Shown in pieces: positions 29,638 through 40,311 of a stretch of 64,000 nucleotides of DNA (position 1 is the first letter of the stretch; every line of letters starts with the position of its first letter). A program made the position numbers and the translations under genes. The notes under the pieces were generated by a model, which was not told the DNA's origin, ran no database searches, and saw only the letters and a program-made list of their open reading frames with translations. This DNA comes from an uncultured Thermoleophilaceae bacterium (lineage in GTDB: Bacteria > Actinomycetota > Thermoleophilia > Solirubrobacterales > Thermoleophilaceae). The DNA lies in contig CAWEPQ010000001.1 in the NCBI GenBank assembly GCA_963811055.1, forward strand, positions 60,390 through 124,389, given 5' to 3'.

Positions 29638-31008
29638 ATGGACAAGATCGTGGCCCTCTGCAAGCGGCGCGGACTGATCTTTCCCGCGTCGGAGATCTAC
29701 GGCGGGATAGCCAACACCTACGACTACGGGCACTACGGCGTCCTGCTGAAGAACAACGTCGTGAGCGCCTGGTGGAAGGCCATGATCCAGGAGCGCGACG
29801 ACATCGTGGCGCTCGACTCGGCGATCATCCAGCACCCTCGCACCTGGGAGGCGTCGGGCCACCTGGCGGGCTTCACCGATCCGCTGGTGGACTGCCGGAG
29901 CTGCAAGCGCCGCTTCCGGGCCGACCACCTCGAGGAGGTGCGCAACGGCACCGCCGAGCACGAGGGGATCCGGTGCGGCAAGGCTCCGTCGAAGCTCCCG
30001 GGCGACCACGCGGACTGCGATCTCACCGACGCGCGCGAGTTCAACCTCATGTTCGAGACGTCGATCGGCCCCGTGAAGGACGCCGGCTCGGCCGTGTACC
30101 TGCGGCCCGAGACCGCGCAGGGCATCTTCCTCGCCTTCAAGACCACGCTCGGCTTCGCGCGCAAGAAGCCGCCGTTCGGCATCGCCCAGATCGGCAAGTC
30201 GTTCCGCAACGAGATCACCCCCGGCAACTTCATCTTCCGGACGCTCGAGTTCGAGCAGATGGAGATGGAGTTCTTCGTGCCGCCGGCCGAGGCCGAGCAG
30301 TGGTACGAGCACTGGATGGAGCAGCGCATGGCCTGGTACGTCTCGCTCGGGGTGGACCCGGACAAGCTGCGCCTGCGTCCGCACGAGCCCGACGAGCTGT
30401 CGCACTACAGCTCGGCCACCAGCGACATCGAGTACCTGTTCCCGATCGGCTGGTCCGAGCTCGAGGGCATCGCCAACCGCGGCGACTTCGACCTGACCCA
30501 GCACGCCGAGCACTCCGGGCAGAAGCTCGAGTACGTGGACACCGCCAGCGGCGACCGCTACGTGCCGCACGTGATCGAGCCGGCGGCCGGCCTGGGTCGC
30601 ACCGTCCTCACGCTCCTGTGCGACGCCTACGACGAGGACGAGATCGGCGGCGAGCAGCGCACCGTCCTGCGGCTGATGCCGAAGATGGCTCCGATCAAGG
30701 TCGCGGTGCTGCCGCTCGTGAACAAGGAGGGCCAGCCGGAGCGCGCCCGCGAGATCTACGAGGAGCTGCGCGAGCTGATGCCCGCCGAGTTCGACACGGG
30801 CGGCTCGATCGGTAAGCGCTACCGGCGCCAGGACGAGATCGGAACGCCCTGGGGCGTGACCGTGGACCACCAGACGATGGAGGACGGCACCGTGACGCTC
30901 CGCGACCGCGACACGGTCGAGCAGGTGCGCATCGCGGCCGCCGATCTGGGCGCCGAGCTCCAGCGCCGTCTCGCGGCACCCTGGACCTCGCCGAAGCGCG
31001 GCGAGTAG
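29638..31008 (+). CDS. glyQS: glycine--tRNA ligase (homodimeric class II)
   Basis: Track ORF 29521..31008 trimmed to ATG 29638 (MDKIVALCKRRGLIFPASEIYGG..), giving 456 aa. GTG 29617 is an alternative start. Confidence 0.9.
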   Translation: MDKIVALCKRRGLIFPASEIYGGIANTYDYGHYGVLLKNNVVSAWWKAMIQERDDIVALDSAIIQHPRTWEASGHLAGFTDPLVDCRSCKRRFRADHLEEVRNGTAEHEGIRCGKAPSKLPGDHADCDLTDAREFNLMFETSIGPVKDAGSAVYLRPETAQGIFLAFKTTLGFARKKPPFGIAQIGKSFRNEITPGNFIFRTLEFEQMEMEFFVPPAEAEQWYEHWMEQRMAWYVSLGVDPDKLRLRPHEPDELSHYSSATSDIEYLFPIGWSELEGIANRGDFDLTQHAEHSGQKLEYVDTASGDRYVPHVIEPAAGLGRTVLTLLCDAYDEDEIGGEQRTVLRLMPKMAPIKVAVLPLVNKEGQPERAREIYEELRELMPAEFDTGGSIGKRYRRQDEIGTPWGVTVDHQTMEDGTVTLRDRDTVEQVRIAAADLGAELQRRLAAPWTSPKRGE

Positions 31009-31011
31009 CGC

Positions 31012-31626
31012 TCAGCCTGTAGCGCCGAGCAGCCGGCGGGCGGTGTGCACGCCGAGCTCGAAGGCGGCCTCTCGATCCCACTCGGGATCGGAGAGCACCT
31101 GGATGCCGAAGCCGTCGCCGAGCGAGAAGAGGATCGACGCCACCGCCTCGGCATCCGCCGCGAGCGTGATCACACCCTCGCTCTCCTTGCTCCGCAGCCC
31201 CTCGGCAAGGTTCGCTCGCCAGGAGCGGTACAGCTCGGCCATCTCGGCGCGGATCTCCTCGCTGTGGCGCGATGCGCTCAGCAGCTCGTAGAGCACCGAG
31301 CGATTGGCCCGCTCGTCCTCGATGAACTCCTCGAGTCCCACCACGAGCGCGGCCACGATCGCCTCGACCGTGTGCGCCTCGGCCAGCCGTTCCTCCATCG
31401 CCTGATTGCGCACCTCGCAGTCCTGGCGAACGACCTCCACGAGCAGGCGCTCCTTGGAGCCGAAGTAGTAATGGAGGAGCCCCCGTGACACGCCGGCTTC
31501 GCGCGCCACGTGGTCGAAGGTCGAGCCCGCCGCGCCGCGCCTGCCGACGCTCGAGCGCATCGCCGCGACGATCCGCTGGGCCTTCTCCCCCTCGAGCTTC
31601 CGAGGTGTCTCGACCGAGGCCTCCAC
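31012..31626 (-). CDS. TetR/AcrR-family transcriptional regulator
   Basis: Track ORF 31012..31677 has the HTH STFDHVAREAGVSRGLLHYYFGSKE. Its TTG at 31677 lies inside the terminator T-tract of the upstream gene, so I moved the start to the in-frame GTG at 31626. Confidence 0.8.
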   Translation of the reverse strand: MEASVETPRKLEGEKAQRIVAAMRSSVGRRGAAGSTFDHVAREAGVSRGLLHYYFGSKERLLVEVVRQDCEVRNQAMEERLAEAHTVEAIVAALVVGLEEFIEDERANRSVLYELLSASRHSEEIRAEMAELYRSWRANLAEGLRSKESEGVITLAADAEAVASILFSLGDGFGIQVLSDPEWDREAAFELGVHTARRLLGATG

Positions 31627-31675
31627 GGCGGCGAGTCTAGCTGGCTGGCCAGCCGGGCTGAGCGGGCGGTCCGGC

Positions 31676-31707
31676 AAAAAAGAGGGGGCGCCTCAGGCGC
31701 CCCCTCT
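31676..31707 (-). terminator. intrinsic terminator of gene 31733..32209
   Basis: There is a perfect 12-bp stem AGAGGGGGCGCC / GGCGCCCCCTCT with a 3-nt loop. On the reverse strand TTTTTT follows it. It starts about 26 nt after the stop codon. A second 7-bp hairpin (GCTTCAA..TTGAAGC) lies at 31711-31729. Confidence 0.8.
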
Positions 31708-31732
31708 AACGCTTCAAACCGGTTGAAGCCCG

Positions 31733-32209
31733 TTAGGTCGTGCCCACAGGCTGGCCGGTGGTCGCGCTCGCGTTGGGCGAGGGCTCCGGCGTGGTGCTGG
31801 CCGTGTACTCGAACTCCTCCTCGGCGCCGAACAGCGCGTCGAGGACCTTCCTGCGCAGGCCCTCGCTGAGGGCGAGTGCCAGCACTCCGCCGACCAGGCC
31901 GAGAACGAGCAGGCGGCCGCGCTTACCGCGCTTACGCTTCTTGGTTCCGCGCAGACCGTCAGCCGCCTCACGCAGTGAGGTGGCGGCCTCGCGCAACTCG
32001 CGCTGAACCTTCTTGTCCTCGAGAGCCTTGGTCGGGCCCTTGCCGTTCATCCGCCCGTACGCCCTCTTCGCGGAGTCGTAGGTGTTGCGCAGGTTCGCGC
32101 GCAGCTCCTCGTCCTCGATAAGTCTCTGAACGTACGCATTCGAGCGGACTGCCTGACCGGCCGCCACCGCGCCGGCCCCGGCCTTTGCAGCCTTTTTTCT
32201 CGATGCCAT
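31733..32209 (-). CDS. hypothetical membrane protein
   Basis: Track ORF 31733..32269 trimmed to ATG 32209, which has a GGAGAG Shine-Dalgarno sequence. 158 aa: a Lys/Arg-rich helical N-part followed by one TM helix (LLVLGLVGGVLALAL). Confidence 0.6.
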   Translation of the reverse strand: MASRKKAAKAGAGAVAAGQAVRSNAYVQRLIEDEELRANLRNTYDSAKRAYGRMNGKGPTKALEDKKVQRELREAATSLREAADGLRGTKKRKRGKRGRLLVLGLVGGVLALALSEGLRRKVLDALFGAEEEFEYTASTTPEPSPNASATTGQPVGTT

Positions 32210-32286
32210 CTCTCTCCTAGGATCCGCTTGCCTGTGGACACTGTACCCGGACAGGACCGCCGGGAACAACGCCGGTGACCCAAATT

Positions 32287-34692
32287 TCAGCGGGTGCGCC
32301 CGCCCTTGTTGCGCTTCGGGCTCTCGAGCGCAGCGTCGAGGACCTCATCGGCGTCGTCCACGAGCACGAACTGCATCCGCTTCCGCAGGTGCTCGGGCAC
32401 GTCGTCGATGTCCGCCTCGTTGCGCCTCGGAACGATCAGCCGGTGGATGTCCGCGCGCTGGGCGGCGAGCGCCTTCTCCTTCAAACCGCCGATCGGCAGG
32501 ACCTGGCCCGTGAGGGTGATCTCCCCGGTCATCGCCGTGTCCGCGCGAACCGGCCGGCCGGTGATGCTGGACGCGATCGCGGTGGCCATCGTGATCCCCG
32601 CGCTCGGGCCGTCCTTCGGGATCGCTCCGGCAGGCACGTGCACGTGGAGGTCGTGGTTGCGGAACCAGTCGTCGGCCAGGTCGCCGTTGAGCGCCTCCGG
32701 CATCGCGTTCTTCACGTATGAGAGCGCGGCCGCCGCGGACTCCTTCATCACGTCGCCGAGCTGCCCGGTCACCTGGAGCTTGCCGTCGCCCGGGAACGAC
32801 GTGGCCTCTACGAAGAGGACATCGCCACCCACCGGTGTCCACGCCAGCCCGGTGGCCACGCCGGCCTCGCCGGTGCGGCGCACCGTCTCCGGCACGAAGC
32901 GCGGCTTGCCCAGCAGCGTCGTGACGGTCCGCGGCCTGATCGTCCGCTTCGAGCGCCGCTTCCCCTCCGCGAACTCGCGCGCCACCTTCCTGCACACCGA
33001 GCCGATCTCACGTTCGAGGCCGCGGACGCCCGCCTCGCGCGTGTAGCCCTCGATGATCGCGTCCACCGCCTCGTCGGTGAACTCGATCTTGGAGCGGCCC
33101 ACGCCGTTGCGCTCCATCTGGCGAGGCACCAGGTAGCGCTTCGCGATCTGGCGCTTCTCCTCGTGCGTGTAGCCCGACAGCTGGATGACCTCCATCCGGT
33201 CGCGCAGGGCGGGCGGCACGGTCTCGAGCTGGTTGGCCGTGCAGATGAAGAAGACGTGCGAGAGGTCGAACGGCAGGTCCAGGTAGTGGTCCCGGAAGGT
33301 CGAGTTCTGCTCAGGGTCGAGCACCTCCAGCATCGCGCTCGCAGGGTCGCCGCGGAAGTCCGTGCCCATCTTGTCGATCTCGTCGATCATCAACACCGGG
33401 TTCTTGCTCCCGGCATCGCGCATGGCGCGGATGATCGTTCCGGGCATGGCCCCGATGTACGTGCGCCGGTGGCCGCGGATCTCGGACTCGTCGCGAACGC
33501 CGCCCACCGAGATGCGCTCGAACGAGCGCCCGAGCGTGCCCGCCACCGACCGGCCGAGCGAGGTCTTGCCCACGCCCGGCGGGCCCACGAAGCAGAGGAT
33601 CGACGAGCGCGCGTCGGGCTTGAGCTTGCGCACCGCCAGAAACTCGAGGATGCGGTCCTTCACCAGCTCCATGTCGTAGTGGTCGCGATCGAGGTGCTTG
33701 CGCGCCGCCTTGAGATCGAGCGTGTCCTCGCTGAAGTTCGACCAGGGCAGCGTGGCCAGCCACTCGAGGTAGGTGCGGATCACCCCGTGCTCCACGGACT
33801 GCGCAGGCAGCCGCTCGAAGCGCTGGAGCTCGCGTTCGGCAGCCTTCTGGGCGTACTCGGGAAGGGCGGCCTCCTCCAGCTGCTCGCGCAGCTCCGCGGC
33901 CTCGGCCTGCGCCTCGTCCACCTCGCCGAGCTCCTCCTGAATCGCCTTGAGCTGCTGGCGCAGCCAGTACTCGCGCTGCCCGCGGTCCATCTCCGACTGC
34001 ACCTGCGACTGGATGCGCGTGCCGATCTCCACCAGCTCGAGCTCACGGGCCAGCAGCTCCGACAGGAACCGCAGCCGGCGGGCCACGTTGCGCTCCTCGA
34101 GCAGGTGCTGCTTCTCCTCGGTCTTGAGCCGCAGCGCTCCCGCAATCATGTGCGCCAGCTCAGAGGGGTCGTCCAGATTGGCCACCGCTATCTGGAGCTC
34201 CTCCGGCAGGTACGGCACCTCCTCGATGATCCGCGAGAAGGTCGACTGCACGTTGCGGTGGAGCGCCTCGAGCTCGGGCGAGGGCTCGATCTCGTCGGGC
34301 GCCTCCTCGATGCGGGCCACCATGTAGGGCTCGGTGGACGAGAACTTCTCGACCAGAACCCGCTGGGCTCCGTGCACCAGGATCCGCAGTGTGCCGTCCG
34401 GCACCTTGAGCATCCGCGAGACCACGCCGGCCACGCCCACCCGGTACACGTCGTCGGGCCCGGGCTCCTCGACCTCCGGGTCCTTGCTCGCCACCATCAC
34501 GAGCATCCGGTTCCCGCCGAGCACGTCGTTCACGAGGCTGATCGAGCGCTCCTGGCCGATCGCGAGCGGCGTGAGGGCCTCGGGGAACGGCACGGTGTCG
34601 CGCAGCGGGAGCACCGGCAGCTCCGCGGGCAGGCTCGTACGGACGACGGCCTGAGCGGCCTCGCCATCCGCCGACGGAATATGGATGCTCAC
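32287..34692 (-). CDS. lon: ATP-dependent Lon protease
   Basis: 801-aa ORF with a LON N-domain, Walker A (GPPGVGKTS) and the C-terminal protease motif PKDGPSAG. Confidence 0.95.
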   Translation of the reverse strand: MSIHIPSADGEAAQAVVRTSLPAELPVLPLRDTVPFPEALTPLAIGQERSISLVNDVLGGNRMLVMVASKDPEVEEPGPDDVYRVGVAGVVSRMLKVPDGTLRILVHGAQRVLVEKFSSTEPYMVARIEEAPDEIEPSPELEALHRNVQSTFSRIIEEVPYLPEELQIAVANLDDPSELAHMIAGALRLKTEEKQHLLEERNVARRLRFLSELLARELELVEIGTRIQSQVQSEMDRGQREYWLRQQLKAIQEELGEVDEAQAEAAELREQLEEAALPEYAQKAAERELQRFERLPAQSVEHGVIRTYLEWLATLPWSNFSEDTLDLKAARKHLDRDHYDMELVKDRILEFLAVRKLKPDARSSILCFVGPPGVGKTSLGRSVAGTLGRSFERISVGGVRDESEIRGHRRTYIGAMPGTIIRAMRDAGSKNPVLMIDEIDKMGTDFRGDPASAMLEVLDPEQNSTFRDHYLDLPFDLSHVFFICTANQLETVPPALRDRMEVIQLSGYTHEEKRQIAKRYLVPRQMERNGVGRSKIEFTDEAVDAIIEGYTREAGVRGLEREIGSVCRKVAREFAEGKRRSKRTIRPRTVTTLLGKPRFVPETVRRTGEAGVATGLAWTPVGGDVLFVEATSFPGDGKLQVTGQLGDVMKESAAAALSYVKNAMPEALNGDLADDWFRNHDLHVHVPAGAIPKDGPSAGITMATAIASSITGRPVRADTAMTGEITLTGQVLPIGGLKEKALAAQRADIHRLIVPRRNEADIDDVPEHLRKRMQFVLVDDADEVLDAALESPKRNKGGRTR

Positions 34693-35135
34693 TCGAGCTC
34701 GCCCTCTTCGATCGGCACGCGCCGGGCCTCGTTCGCGGGAGCGAGTGGAATCTCCACCTCGAGGATCCCGTCCTCGTAGCTGGCGCGCGCCTGGTCGGCC
34801 GCCACCTCGGTGCCCAGCTCGACCAACCGGCGGAACGGGCCATGCTCGATCTCGATCTGCTGGTAGAGGCGCCCGGCCGCCTCGGCAGGACGGCGCTCCC
34901 CGGCGATCAGGAGCTGGCGCCCCCGGATCTCGAGCCCGATGTCCTGGATGTGGATCCCGGACAGGTCGGCCTTGACGACGGCGCGCGGGGGGTCGTCCAC
35001 GTAGTAGACGTCCACCGACGGCGAGAAGCCGCCGCCGCGCAGGCCGGTTGCGCGCTCGAAGACGTCGCCGAAGAGCTCATCGATCTCCCGGCGCATCCGT
35101 TCGAAGTTTGCGAAGAGGTCCCGCGAACGGGCCAT
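34689..35135 (-). CDS. Hsp20/alpha-crystallin small heat-shock protein
   Basis: Track ORF 34689..35357 trimmed to ATG 35135. 148 aa with an alpha-crystallin domain (VDVYYVDDPPRAVVKADLSGI..GILEVEIP). Its stop overlaps the lon start by 4 nt. Confidence 0.85.
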   Translation of the reverse strand: MARSRDLFANFERMRREIDELFGDVFERATGLRGGGFSPSVDVYYVDDPPRAVVKADLSGIHIQDIGLEIRGRQLLIAGERRPAEAAGRLYQQIEIEHGPFRRLVELGTEVAADQARASYEDGILEVEIPLAPANEARRVPIEEGELE

Positions 35136-35172
35136 GTCATCGAGGATAGGACGCTGGGCGAGCTCGTGCGGC

Positions 35173-35967
35173 TCAGACTTCGTAGACGGCGCCCTCGGCG
35201 GCCACCTCGACGGGGCCGTCGTACTTCTGCGCCGCCTGCTCGCGCGCCCACTCCGGATCGAGCTCGTCCGAGATGTGAACGAGCACGAGCCGTGCCGCAC
35301 CCGCGGCGCGAGCGTGCTCTCCGGCCTCCGCGGAGGTGAGGTGCCCGCGCACGCCATCCCGCTCGGGGCGCGGGAGCGTGGCCTCGAGCAGTACGACGCT
35401 CGCTCCCTTCGCGAACTTCACGAGGTCCTCGGTCGGCCGGCAGTCCGCCCCGTAGATCAGCCGGCCGCCACCGGTGGTCGACGTGAAGCTCATCGCGAAT
35501 GTCTCGGTGAAGTGAGGAACCGACTGAAAGGCGATCCGGATCGGCCCGATGTCGAGCTCCTCGGCGGGGTCGTACTCCCTGAGGTCGAACGCGTTCTCGA
35601 TGAGGTCGTCGTTCCCCCATGCGCCGACCACGCGCCGAAATGTGTCGCGCGCGCCGGGCGGGGCGTGCAGCACCGGCCGTGCCGGGTTGTCGGTGCCCGG
35701 CCACGTGTGCACCGGCACCGGCTGCTGGCGCGGCGCGTAGGTGAGCGCGTACGAGTACGGCACGAGATCGAGGAAGTGGTCCGCGTGCAGGTGCGAGATC
35801 ACGACCGCGTCCACATCCACGTAGTCGATCCGCTCGCGGAGCTTTGCGAACACGCCGTTGCCGCAATCCAAAAGCACGCGCGTGCCGTTGTCCTCAACCA
35901 GATACCCCGAGCACGCCCCTCCCGCGTCCTGCCAGGACGGGGACTTGCCCAGCACCGTGAGCCGCAT
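35173..35967 (-). CDS. MBL-fold metallo-hydrolase
   Basis: 264-aa ORF with the HLHADH metal-binding motif. Confidence 0.85.
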   Translation of the reverse strand: MRLTVLGKSPSWQDAGGACSGYLVEDNGTRVLLDCGNGVFAKLRERIDYVDVDAVVISHLHADHFLDLVPYSYALTYAPRQQPVPVHTWPGTDNPARPVLHAPPGARDTFRRVVGAWGNDDLIENAFDLREYDPAEELDIGPIRIAFQSVPHFTETFAMSFTSTTGGGRLIYGADCRPTEDLVKFAKGASVVLLEATLPRPERDGVRGHLTSAEAGEHARAAGAARLVLVHISDELDPEWAREQAAQKYDGPVEVAAEGAVYEV

Positions 35968-36006
35968 GGAGCGACTCTAAGCGCTGGGGGCCCCTTCTGT
36001 GGAGGA

Positions 36007-36279
36007 TCAGCCGTTCGGCTGCGGGAACGCGTAGGCGGCGGTCACGCGCTCGGTGCGGAAGACGAAGGTGAGCTGGCGCTCCGGCGCCAGGCCGCGGTCG
36101 GCGGGCCTGAAGGTCGTGCAGGCCTTCTCGAGGTTGAGTGCGCAGAGCTGGTTCTGGTGGAAGAAGCAGTCCTCACATGTGGCGGGCTTGGTCTTCGGCA
36201 CGGGGCGGGATGGTGCATCAATCGAAGCCGTCGCGCCAGCCGCGGTTCCGCAAATGGGGGGCTTTTCCGGGCCCCGCAA
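36007..36279 (-). CDS. small Cys-rich hypothetical protein
   Basis: 90-aa ORF with the core CEDCFFHQNQLCALNLEKAC. The start is uncertain and I recognised no family. Confidence 0.4.
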   Translation of the reverse strand: MRGPEKPPICGTAAGATASIDAPSRPVPKTKPATCEDCFFHQNQLCALNLEKACTTFRPADRGLAPERQLTFVFRTERVTAAYAFPQPNG

Positions 36280-36383
36280 TTTCCAGGTTCTTCACATGAT
36301 GGCCCGCTGCTTGCGGGTTTTCCCGGGGGGCGAGATGTGGGCCGGCGAGGCCGCGGACGCGTATCGGGAAGGATGTGGGCCTG

Positions 36384-37304
36384 ATGGAACTTGTGACCGG
36401 AGCCACCGGCTACGTGGGATCGCGCCTTCTGCGACGCCTCGCGGCGGAGGGACGCAGCGTGCGTGCCCTCGCGCGCCGCCCTGAGCGGGTGGAGCCCCTG
36501 CCGGGGGTGGAGGCGGTGGCCGCCGACCTGCTCGGGGAGGCGCCGCTGGCCGATCTGCTCGACGGCTGTGAGACGGCGTACTACCTCGTGCACTCGATGG
36601 AGGGCGCCAACGGGGCCGGGGGCGGGTTCGCCGCGCGCGACCGCCGTGCCGCCACCACCTTCGCGAACGCCGCCGTGGAGGCCGGCGTGGAGCGGATCGT
36701 CTACCTGGGCGGCATCGCGCCGGCGGGGGCCACTTCCCCCCATCTGCGCTCGCGGCTCGAGGTGGAGGAGATCCTGCTCGGTGCCCTGCCCGCCTCCACC
36801 GCGCTGCGCGCGTCGATCGTGATCGGCGCCGGGTCCTCGTCCTTCAGGGTCCTGGTGCGGCTCGTCGAGCGGCTGCGCCTCCTGCCGATGCCGCGCTGGC
36901 GCTCGAACCGCACGCAGCCGATCGACGAGCGCGACGTGATCGAGTTCCTCGCCAACACTCCGGCGGTGCCCGCGGCGGCCGGGCGCTCGCTCGACATCTG
37001 CGGCCCCGACGTGGTCACCTTCGCGGCTCTGATCGAGGGGATCGCGGAAGGGCTCGGCGTGGGACGCATGCCCGTGGGGCTCCCCGCCTCGCTCACCCCA
37101 CCCGCGAGCGCGGTCGTGGCGGCGGTGAGCGGCCAGCCGATCGAGCTCGTGCGCCCGCTGATGGAGAGCCTCGAGTCCGACGTGCTTCCACGCGACGCCC
37201 ATGAGGCCGCGCGGATCTACGACATCCAGCCGCGCGGCTTCGAGCGCGCGGTGGAGCACGCGCTGGCCGAATGGGAGTCGCTCGAGCCGTTGGCCGCCCG
37301 ATGA
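36384..37304 (+). CDS. NAD(P)H-binding SDR/NmrA-like oxidoreductase
   Basis: Track ORF 36375..37304. The Rossmann motif VTGATGYVGS is at the N-terminus. I preferred ATG 36384 because of its spacing from GGAAGGA. Confidence 0.8.
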   Translation: MELVTGATGYVGSRLLRRLAAEGRSVRALARRPERVEPLPGVEAVAADLLGEAPLADLLDGCETAYYLVHSMEGANGAGGGFAARDRRAATTFANAAVEAGVERIVYLGGIAPAGATSPHLRSRLEVEEILLGALPASTALRASIVIGAGSSSFRVLVRLVERLRLLPMPRWRSNRTQPIDERDVIEFLANTPAVPAAAGRSLDICGPDVVTFAALIEGIAEGLGVGRMPVGLPASLTPPASAVVAAVSGQPIELVRPLMESLESDVLPRDAHEAARIYDIQPRGFERAVEHALAEWESLEPLAAR

Positions 37305-37738
37305 AGGTCGAGCGCCAGGTGGACGTGGCCGCGCCCCCTCAGAGCCTCTACGACGTGGTGATGGACTCCACGCGGCTGGAGGACTGGGTCACGATCCACG
37401 ATCACCTGGTGGGCAACCCGGCGCGCCGGCTGAAGAAGGGATCGCAGCTGACGCAGTGCCTGAAGCTCGCGGGGCGCCGCTTCAAGGTGCGCTGGACGGT
37501 CGTGGAGAACGATCCCTGCAGGAAGGTCGTGTGGGAGGGAAAGGGTCCCGTGGCGTCGCACGCCATGGTGGAGTACGGGTTCGAGCCGAAGGGTGACGGC
37601 ACCCGCTTCACGTACATCAACCAGTACGACCTGCCCGGCGGGCCGCTCGGCCGGCTGGCCGAGCGAACGGTGGCACGAGCCACCGGACGGGAGCTCGACG
37701 GGTCGCTCAAGCGGCTCAAGGCGCTTGTGGAGAAATAG
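37301..37738 (+). CDS. SRPBCC (polyketide cyclase/START-like) family protein
   Basis: Track ORF 37271..37738 trimmed to ATG 37301, which forms an ATGA overlap with the upstream stop. 145 aa. Family assigned by eye. Confidence 0.6.
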   Translation: MKVERQVDVAAPPQSLYDVVMDSTRLEDWVTIHDHLVGNPARRLKKGSQLTQCLKLAGRRFKVRWTVVENDPCRKVVWEGKGPVASHAMVEYGFEPKGDGTRFTYINQYDLPGGPLGRLAERTVARATGRELDGSLKRLKALVEK

Positions 37739-37760
37739 TCAGTTCGCTACTTTTCAGTTA

Positions 37761-38147
37761 ATGGCTGATTTCTTGGATGAGAAGCGCAGGGAGATCGACA
37801 CGCGGCTGAAGGAGCTGCGTCCGTTGGTCGACGAGTACAACCGGCTGGAGAAGGCAGCAGCGGCGCTCGCCGGCGTGGGCAGCACCCCCAACGGGTCCAC
37901 CTCCACGCCTCGTCGTCGCCGTGGCAGCGCCTCGCCCGCCCGGAAGGGCCGTGGCCGCGGGCGCCCGCGCGGCAGCGGAGCCCGGTCGAAGCAGGCCCTC
38001 GAGCTGGTGCGCGCGCGTCCCGGCATCACGATCGCCGAGCTGGCCGACGCCATGGGGATCAAGGCGAATTATCTGTACCGCGTGCTTCCGAGCCTCGCCT
38101 CGGACGGTCAGGTGAAGAGGCGCGGCAAGGGCTGGCATCCCGCCTGA
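37761..38147 (+). CDS. winged-HTH DNA-binding protein (hypothetical)
   Basis: ATG 37761 within the frame of ORF 37593..38147. 128 aa: a coiled-coil N-part, an Arg-rich linker, and a C-terminal ITIAELADAMGIKANYLYRVLPSLASDGQVKRRGKG. Confidence 0.6.
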   Translation: MADFLDEKRREIDTRLKELRPLVDEYNRLEKAAAALAGVGSTPNGSTSTPRRRRGSASPARKGRGRGRPRGSGARSKQALELVRARPGITIAELADAMGIKANYLYRVLPSLASDGQVKRRGKGWHPA

Positions 38148-38202
38148 CCCTGCGCCTCACCTTCCTGCGCAATAACAGTTAAGTTCCGTTGAGTACTCGG
38201 TC

Positions 38203-40278
<2,076 letters not shown>

Positions 40279-40311
40279 CTGATTCCTTTCGGTCCATTGG
40301 ACTGAGCGTAT

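Noticed and set aside
29161-31015. An identical 12-mer, AGTAGCGCTCAG, at two convergent stop-stop junctions (29163-29174 and 31004-31015).
   Set aside because: More than 100 chance 12-mer matches are expected in a 64-kb window, and more with biased composition. The motif is simply TAG + CGC + TCA, i.e. two stops 3 nt apart, and no hairpin potential extends beyond it.
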